Shown: piece by piece, positions 37,618-47,094 of the stretch
Position numbering within the stretch: the first letter of the stretch is position 1
Layout: every line of letters starts with the position of its first letter
Origin: Diadema antillarum
Taxonomy: Eukaryota
Direction of reading: 5' to 3'
Assembly (NCBI RefSeq): GCF_040938485.1
Contig: NW_027271836.1
Coordinates: 2,170,001-2,234,000 of the forward strand
Length of the DNA: 64,000 bases
Made by a program: the position numbers and the translations under genes
The notes under the pieces: generated by a model
The model's input: only the letters and a program-made list of their open reading frames with translations
What the model was told of the DNA's origin: nothing
The model's database searches: none

Positions 37618-40600
37618 ATGGTGCGAAGAGAAGGAACCCGCTTTGGTCTTGCTACCAGCCACAACGTCAGGCGTCTGCCCTTCCCTTACAAAGAACTCTG
37701 CAGCAGGCAGAGTATCGTGGTCAAGACCAAGATTGATGGTGAGGACCATCAGGTCAAGAAATCTGCCAAGGCTGCTGTGAAGAGGCAAATGGAAAGTGGT
37801 GCTTTCAATGTCCAAGGTAATGTGTATGTATGGTCAATTTGGGGTGGCTCACATGATGTCAGATGCCAAGTGTGCATACTATTTGAAAATATTTTTCTCA
37901 TTTACGATGTTTACTAGTACCTGTTTATGTAACTCCTTTCTATTGTCAAGGTATTTCATCTAGTTGAAAATAGGACAGACACGATACATTCATACTTTAT
38001 TCTTAGCAACTATAGAAATCTATGTCTTTTTTTTTTTCTCGTCTGAAATAGCAAAGCTCATGGATGGTATTCTGAAAATCTTCCTAAGTTTCTTCCTAAG
38101 TTTCTTCCTACAAATGTAAGTCAGAAACTTAGGAAGTGCCTAGGAAAGACAAAATTGGTATTCTGAAATTTCTTCCTAGGCACTTCTTAATGCAAATTAG
38201 GCCATCCTTATTCCCGCCCACGTCCTTTCCTAAGCCAATACGAAATGCCGTATCATAAGGAACTAACCGATGTCTGCCAATGACAATCGCATATTACTAT
38301 GACGTAGGGTCAAATACACGAGGGCGCGGCATGTCCCCTTTCTCACGCTCATTTCGCGCATCAAAGTACATGTGCGCGCAATGACTGACAAGCGCGCCTA
38401 TCACGATGCTTGCAGTTTGCTATTCTTAACAACGTACTTAGGACAGGGGTGGAGCTTTCCTAAATATTTTCCTAAAATTCTTTCCTAAGTGCATTCTAGA
38501 ATACCAACTTCTTCCTAAGTCAGAAATTTGCATATTCCCGCCCCCTTCCTAAGTTTCTTCCTAAGTCTACTTAGGAAGAAACTTAAGAAGATTTTCAGAA
38601 TACCACTTAGGAAAAAATCCTGACTTAGGAAGAAATTTCTTCCTAGGAAGGATTTCAGAATACCACCCCATATTTGTGGTGTTCACATTTGCCAAAATGA
38701 AAACCAGCTTCCTCACTTTAGAATTTGTGTTCATTTTCTGTCAACATCTGGTTCAGACATTAGTTTGTTTGTTTAAGTGCAGGAAGAATTGTTTTTGACT
38801 GGCCAGATTTGAAACCATGTGTATGGGAATCTTATTTTTGGAGAAATGAAAATTGTAAAATGTTCCATTTTCATTTTCTTTTCTTTTTTGTAGATGATAC
38901 TGAGCAGAAAGGGATTCACTTCTCCCTCAACAAAGCCAAGCGATGGGAGGTGATAGAAGGAATTAGGGATGAAGAAGAGTACTACGGCAACCGCAGCATC
39001 ATCACGGAGCACCACATGCTGAAGCAGGGCCGAGATGGAAGGAAATGCACAGGAGTCTATGACTCATCAGTCAGTGAGGTTCCAAAGTCCCCAAAGAAAA
39101 AGTACACTGCTGCCACCGATGTCTTTGTGGGACAGCAGACTGGGGATGTGATAGGAAATGATGATGACTTTGGGAAGAAGAATAGATGGAGATCTAGGAG
39201 GAGGAGAAAACATCATGATGAGGAGGATGCTCTTCCAAGCACTGTCTGGTATGATGTTACATTGGCTCCTCCCAGGCAAACCCTCCAGACGTACTGCAAT
39301 CCAGCAGGTAAGGATATTTGTGTGTTTGTATGTGACCTGTGTGGAGGAGAATGTGTCCAACATCGGCAATAACATCCGTATGTAAGTCCATGAGAAATGA
39401 ATTGGAAAGAATGAATGTGGTTGGTATTGAATTTAACTCCGACACATTGAATAGAATTGTGTGGAGTCAAAAACTGCTATGCTGTTTGTCCTTTTGCAGA
39501 AAGATAAAGATTTCTCTTTTAGTATGTAGCTGACCAGCAGACACAAGTGTTTTTAGATTACTCTGGAGGATAAGGCTCAGGAGAACTATTTCATAATCAG
39601 TACTGTGATTCTTTCTTTTTGAATACAGATAGTGGAAAACGAAAGAGAAACAGCAGAAATAGGACACACAAGTTACATCAGTGCAGTATGCAAGAGTTCT
39701 ACTCAGACAGTCAGTGGGAGTTTGATGAGGACTTCACCCAGGAGTGGGGGGAAGAAGAGGAGCAGTACTGGCAAGAAGAGACCAAAGATGCAGAACCCTA
39801 CCAGGTGTGTACTGATGCCCTGGAGGTTCTTGTTGCCAAGGCTATGATGGAACCTCATCGCCATGGAGACCTCAGGAGGACTTCATGGAGACATCAGGAG
39901 GAAAGCCAGCAGGCCTTGGGTACCAAGGATCGAGTCTTTCTTGTTGACAAGGAAGATGTCATGGTGATTGTCGAACCCCAGGTCACTGATGACGTGCAGG
40001 AGTCAACGAGGAAGAAAACCAGGAAGGAGAGGAGGCAAGAGAGACTGGAGGCTGAGAAGGAGACAAAAAGGCAACTGAACGAGATAGAAGAGAAAAAGAA
40101 AATGGAGGAACTTGCTGCCCTTCGCATCAAAGCAAGTGTTGATGTGGCAGTGGAAACCACCAGCATTGCCTTGGATGCACTGAGCGGGAATTTTGGTGAG
40201 AACTACACCGAGGGTCTGTGCACTCCTCGCCGATTTGCCATCAACATCACTGACTCGATCATTGACCGTCTTCAGACCAGTGCCAAAGGTGAAGTCTTGG
40301 CCAGTAGTCTCCTGCAGGCTGGTCATCATGTCTCTCTGATCGTGGACTGCATGCTTGATCCATGGCTGAGTGTAAAAGACGATGACAGTCTGGTAGAAGA
40401 CATCAGAGTAAAGCTGTGTGGGGTGACTGAAGACCGAGAGATGCTGTCAGAGTGCGTGACTGGTCCTGGTGTCTGCAACATCATAGATGTGGTCCATGCT
40501 GTGAGCTCAGGAGTAGCGACATTGCCTTCAGAGAGGTGAGTTCTGTCAACCATTAAACTGTTGCCCAAGGCATATAGCAGTTACCATAGAATTTGTTTGT

Positions 40601-43600
40601 GGCACCTCTGAATCCGTTAGATGATTGGTAAAAAAAAACAAAAAAACAAATATGAATAAAAATAATTGTCAAGGCCTCTATGGATTTAAATCTGTAGAAG
40701 TCACTGCCAGCCAAAATTCAGTCCAAATTGTTAACAAAGATGTAATATTAGACATCAGAACAGCACAAACATTTAACTCAGAATTTATGGAGATTTTGCT
40801 ATTAACTGATTTCAATATTTCTTCTGTTACAATATATTTTCTCTCTGCAGATATTTGTTTGAAAATTCAAACCACTCTTTGCCTTGTAAGCCAGCTTTCG
40901 CCATGGAAACCACCCAGTCTACGCTAGGCTGGAGATATGATGTCACCAATCCACACAAGGCAGTCCAGAAGGTAAATACAGAACTTTTCAAAAAGAAAAA
41001 AAAATGTCCCCTTTAAAAAGGTAATTTTGATATCATACAAGACAAAGTATGTCAATAATACAAGAGGAGCAGCTGCTTTGTGGCAGCTCCATAATTCTAC
41101 TTAATATTTGATTATGATTACTATTACTATTATTATTATTTATTTAATTTTCATTTTTTATTTCTATTTTTATTATTTCTTTTTAGGTAGAAGGCATTAT
41201 CTCCTCCCAGAACACAAAATGTTCCAGTTTCAGGCTGTTTTCTAATACACTTATATTTGTTTTTGCACTTTTTGGTCATGCCACATTTGTGATGGTTGTC
41301 ATATTGAATCTTTGATAATTACTATGTAAATTTTTCTTTTCTTTTTTGCTCTGTTTAAATTTATAGGCCCTACAGCAGAAAGATGCAGAAGACTCTGAGA
41401 CTGTTGACAGTACCCCATCTGTATCATCCAGTGAGTGTGGATATTGTAACATCTGCTATGAGGAGCTGAGTGAGAATTGTCCTGGCACCGCTCTGACTGC
41501 CTGTAGCCATTGGTTTTGTGACCAATGCTGGAGCAGTCACATGATGTCAAGGGTGGAGCAGGGAGACCTCAGAATTGCCTGTCCAGTAAGTATTCCCAGT
41601 CTTCTCCTATACCAATATCTATCCTTACTCAGAGAACCCAGTACTACATTATGATACCTTCATTTGCCAAGCATTTCCACCATGGCACAAACAAATGTTT
41701 GATCTGTATAGATGTCGATTTTAATTATTTTTCCTTCTCATTCTTGACAGGGTTACCAGTGCACCAGTCTTGTGGATGAGGTTACCATGATGTCATTCCT
41801 CCCAGCCACATTCTTTGCTCGTCACCTAGCAAACAAGGTGAATACTGCCCTCATGCTGCAGCCAGAGCTGCAGTGGTGCCCCAGTCCATCATGCGGTCGT
41901 CTGCTCACAGTGGCCAGTCAGAAAACAGATGTTGGCAGTGTCGGCAAGAGAGGCGTGGTTCCAATCAGCTGTGAGTGCGGCTCATTCTGGTGCTCCGAGT
42001 GCAAGAAGGAAGCTCATTGGCCAGCCTCTTGTAAGCAGGCAGAGGTGTACCGCAAGAAGGCCGCCAAACTTCTGCGTGAGTTGACTAAGTTTGTCTGATT
42101 CTCATTCACTTAAGTATCAAATGTTATTGGCATTGCAAATTAATCTTTCACTACTGTGTGATGATGTCCCTTGGCTCACTGAGAACAAGGCAATTAAGCT
42201 ATTGCATGAGATCAGTTGAAATTAACCTGAAATGTGTGCATACAGTGGATGCAGAAATAGTAGCAAAACACATTTGATAGTGAAGTTGAAGTTACATGGG
42301 ATAACTTATGCAAAAGATGTGAATTTTCAAGGTTTTGATAAAATTTTGAGCTGTCATAGCTGGATGTGAAGTCTACAACAATATGTGATGCTTAGAGTAA
42401 TATTTCCCTTGCCCTCTGAAGGAGCTTTAAAGCCAAATGCACTTTGACCCCTGTTACACATGAAAGGTTGCTCAAGGCCTGCTTTTTGTAGCCAACCTGA
42501 GGCCGCTTTGTGAGCTATTCTACACATGAACTTTGGGCCAACTCAAGCAAAAGCACAACAGCGTTTTACATGTATATGGTTTGGACATAATACTATGGTT
42601 CACATGGCCCCTCTGCATAAGGTCATGTGACTAGTCAATAGCGCAGCTGTGAAAAATGGCCTCGGGCTGGATGCCATTTTCACAAAGCTGGCCAGCCTCA
42701 GACCACCTGAAGAGGTGGCCTGAAATAAAGTCAACCCGATACTGGCCCAAGATTTGTGTGACTGTTGACACATACAAAAGGAAGCTGACGTTAGGCTTGT
42801 CCAAGGGCGGCCTTGCGTTAGCTTCTTCGTATGTGTAACAGGGGTATATCTTTGTTTTTGGTGGGAAAATGAAACTTGCATGACTTGTTTCCCAAACTCA
42901 AAAGAGTTCCAGAGGGGGTGAAAAATACTAATAGATGTTAAATCAGAATACAAATATACTTTTTATGCTCTCTTTTCAATCATATTTTCTTCATTTCAAG
43001 TTTCTGCAAAGCTTAAATCACCATTGCTTCTAACAAAAGGAGAATTAACCTTATGTTGTGCCTTTTTTTTTTGTCTCTCTCTATTGTCTCTTTAGGTTCG
43101 AGGCCTCTCAATGGCGACCTCACTGTGCGTGTGCCAACCAAGAGATGCCCTAATTGCTATTATCCCATTGAGAAGGAATATGGCTGTTACTTCATGCAAT
43201 GCAAATGTGGACATCAATTCTGTTGGGACTGTGGAGAAAAAGCAGATCACTACCGTCACCGCTGTGTGAGGAAGATTTGGAGCACTCAGGTACATTACAA
43301 AACTCTTTCTAAATACTCATTTTGACATTTGCATTTTGCGACTGATACGCTTAATATTGGCCAGGGCATTTTGACTTAAAGAAAATGTTCCAAAAAATCT
43401 CAGATAACACGCCCATGATTCCTTTAGCCAATTTGCCAGAAGCCATTTTTATGTATTTTTGTTGCTGAATTCTTGCAAGCTTGATGTTTTCACTCTGTGG
43501 CATGCAGACCAGAGATGAAATATTTTGCGATTTTTATCATCTTGCTGTAGGCAACTAGCTTTCTTGTGTTTGCATGATTGATTGTGCAAATGACTTGAAT

Positions 43601-46058
43601 AAGCCAGTTCACAACTATGTCATGTGCACATTATTACTACAAATGACCTCTCTTTTGTCTCACTTGGTTATGCACTTAATAATCCTTTTCAAAGTGACAC
43701 AATGCATAAGCTTTCCCGACAATTTATGGAATTTGTTTTATAAACACAAGATGAACTTGCCCAGACTGGTCCACTGATCAACCAACACTTGGGGAAGCAT
43801 CCAATCTTATGTTTTGCTTTGAATGCATCAACAAACTTTTGTTGTTGTTGTTGCTTTGTTAACATTACCAAATACCAGGCTTGTTGTCAGGTGGATGTGT
43901 GTTGGCAATGACATTATAAGTGACCACCTGGTGTTTTGTTGTACCTCATCAACTGCAGGTATACACGATCAGACCGGTTGACTTAGTGGTCAAGAGCACA
44001 GTGGAACTGGCTGCTGGACATTACAAGCAGAGAACACACTTTGCCTGTCATCGCAGAATCAGGAAAGCAAGGAAGCTTGCATCCAGAGTGGTATGTCAGA
44101 ATCTCTTGATTTGTAATGGTTTCTTGATCTCAACGGTTGTAAATCTCATGTGGCACATCTCATCCTGCTCTTCATCTCGTAATTGCTTCACTTTTTTTCC
44201 CCTTACAAATTACCTTCCTGATTTAATTTTGAAACAAATGTCTCTAGGCAGTATAAAGAATGACATGAAGAATACAGGTTGAAACAACATTGATTGAGGT
44301 GAAATTCAACCAAATTTGCAGCAGAACAAACAAACAAACAAATAACTGACCACAGCTCCGTATTGTGGCACCAAAAAGAGACAAAAAAATAATGTGCGTC
44401 TATATGTCTGTTGGTTCTGCAGGTTCCCCCCCCCCAAAAAAAAAACAAAAACCCAACAACAACAAAACAAAACACACACACACATGAGAGAGATTACTGT
44501 GTGAGTATGTCAGTCTCGAGTTCTAATCATCGTGCTATGTCATACCTCATGTCTTACTTCTCATCTTCCTGCACCACAGAAATGTGAGAGCAAGGAGGAG
44601 TCAGATTCTGATGACACAGTCAGTCTCTCATCCTCATCGTCATCGTCATCCTCATCTGTTTCCATAACAACCAGAGATAGACGACCCTCGCCTTTCCTCC
44701 AGAAGATCAGGGGGATTTTGAAAGAAAGTGCCGACTTTCTGTCAGAGGTGAGACAATTGATGTCCTTTACCTTTGCTGACTACTGCGTACTTTGAAAGAA
44801 GAAATTTGAAATGAAACATTTTGTGCATTGAAAAGCACTCTGTGAGTGCAGACCTCTGCCAAGCAGCTCATTTCCACACATAAACACTTGTGCTAAAATG
44901 GCCCTCTTTCCCAATGATAAAAAACCTTTCTAGTTAGTACAGTGTTTCTACCTTTAGATAGCTTCTTGCTGTGCCTTGAGCACGTATTCAGTGTGCGTAT
45001 GTGCACCTCAAGGATGTGCAGCCTGAATTTCCACAATGTTTGCCCAAAGAATCCTTTAAAAGATTGTAAATTTATTCTCGGATCCAGATGGTGATCCGGA
45101 TTAGTACCAAAATTCAAATCATCTGTTCCTTGTGTCATCAACTTTACTCGAAAATGTAATTAATATCTATTCATAACTTTTTGGAGTAGACAAAACCAAT
45201 GCCAATGGAAGCATAACTTTGGCAGATGTAATCAGTTGAGTAATGTCAGATGATCTGACACATGTGATTCACATCTCATTTTTTTCCAAACAGGCTGAGT
45301 TTGTACTCGAAAACCTGGAGATCTTCCTGTCTAATGCCCCACCCAGCAGCAGGAAGACAAACCTCTCAGAGCACAGGACCAGACTCATCTATATCACAGA
45401 TATCCTACACAGGGTAAGATTGAAAAGAAATGAATTTAATGAATGGAAAGGAATACAGAAAATGGATAGTCCCTTCATACCCTCACAATAAAACAACATA
45501 ATGTATGCCAGTATGATTTGTAGCTGTAAAAGATGTCTCCAACTAACAAGGTATATTTTGGGTTTCTGAGTGAAATATGCTCAATGCAGGTACACCAGTC
45601 AGGATTCTACATCGAACATGTATTAATGAATTTGGCCATCCTTGTATGAATTTAATACCTGTGTGTTTGTGGAAAAATGAAAACAAAATTTTGTGTTATG
45701 TGATATTCATATATTGATCCATTGCATAGTTAGCTCTCCTGTTAAGCTTTCACTGAACCAAATATTAACTTGACTTGCACAAGGTCGGTCTAACTCACCA
45801 CTGTAGTCCCCCTATGTAATTGCAGTTCTCTGTTGAATGTTGAGTTTGTGCGTATTTTCTGTGCAAGGACTTGTTTGTGATTCTGTGTATTTGTTTTTTT
45901 GCCCCTCTCCACTTGTACAGATATTCAATGAAGAAGACAAACTTGACATCAACAAGGTCCAGCATCTGTTGCATTGTGGGAAGAGCTGTCTGAGCTGGGT
46001 GGCTCTGAGTGCAGTGCACCTCACCAATGTAATGGCATCCAATGCCAGTGAAGAGTAA
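37618..46058 (+). CDS. Ariadne-like RBR E3 ubiquitin ligase, paralogue B (978 aa). Exons 37618-37816, 38894-39307, 39629-40535, 40851-40971, 41367-41585, 41751-42075, 43096-43289, 43959-44090, 44580-44747, 45294-45413, 45921-46058
   Basis: Same 11-exon structure and intron phases as A, open throughout (2937 nt). An in-frame TAA 9 nt upstream of the ATG fixes the start. RING2 reads PTKRCPNCYYPIEKEYGCYFMQCKCGHQFCWDC. Confidence 0.9.
38062..38668. mobile_element. 607-bp PIF/Harbinger-like non-autonomous element in intron 1 of paralogue B
   Basis: TIR gg(a/g)tggtattctgaaa; 3-bp TSD CAT; multiple ttcttcctaag/cttaggaagaa subterminal repeats; empty site in the homologous intron of C (~55740-55770). 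Confidence 0.8.
42447..42845. mobile_element. ~400-bp MITE in intron 6 of paralogue B
   Basis: Perfect 15-bp TIR acccctgttacacat; absent in C (flanks align at ~62130-62170); no TSD seen. Confidence 0.65.
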
Positions 46059-46150
46059 ATGCACCTCACCATTGCAATGGCATACATTGCCAGCGAACAG
46101 TAAATGCACCTCAACAATGCTATGGCATCCATTGTCAGCGTAGAGTAAAT
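46016..46150 (+). repeat. Three tandem 45-bp copies spanning the stop codon of paralogue B
   Basis: Units start at 46016, 46061 and 46106: GCACCTCACCAATGTAATGGCATCCAATGCCAGTGAAGAGTAAAT and two diverged copies. Confidence 0.9.
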
Positions 46151-46931
46151 GTGAAAGGTGTTATGAAAGCCTTCAAGGATTTTGGAGGTTTTTTTTTTTT
46201 CTGGGTTTCATGTGGTTTTACACACATAAATAATTACAAAGTCATATTTTGATTTTTGTCTCTGATCCAGTAAGTTTCCAAATTGTTTAAAAAAATACAT
46301 CTCTTCTATTTGAGCTACTCCTTTTTTTTTTGTGGCTGTGTCAAAGTGTATGCTTTGGTGCCGATGACTGTGGATGAATAATTATGTTGAATAAGTATCC
46401 ATTAGCTTTGTCTGAACGTCAAATGAACCTGTTGTGCCTTTGTTTACGGACATACTTAAATCAGATAAGGAAATAAAAATGTCAGCAGTAAGTGTGTCTG
46501 AAATACTTTCATACACGACTCATGTATACACTAAAGTCAATTTGAAACAAAAGTCTTTATGCTTCGATTTCAAAGAAAAGTAAGACTGCTATTCATTCAT
46601 ATTCAATAGGGTGAATCTTAATTGATTTTTTGTCAAATAGGTAAGAAAGCTTAAGAAGCATTTGTCTGGTATGATATTACAATCATGGGATTAGTGAATC
46701 GTAGAACCAGTGGGGTGATCAAACAAAGCTATTTTGTCTTCACATGGATCATTTTCTCCAATTGATGTACTGTAAAGACACAATCCCTTTTTCTCAATGT
46801 CATTCCCAAATTTTTCTTTTATCATATACTGGCGATATAACACATACAAAGCGTTGGTGGGGTGACAAAACCTCGTATCTCAAAAATGTCAAATGTTCAG
46901 GAGAGCTAAAAAACATGGCTGCCATAACACG

Positions 46932-47007
46932 CAGGCCCGTAGCCAGGATTTTTCAAGGGGGGGTGCGGTCACTAAAAAAATGGACCTTCGGTACCAATAC
47001 CAATGAT

Positions 47008-47094
<87 letters not shown>

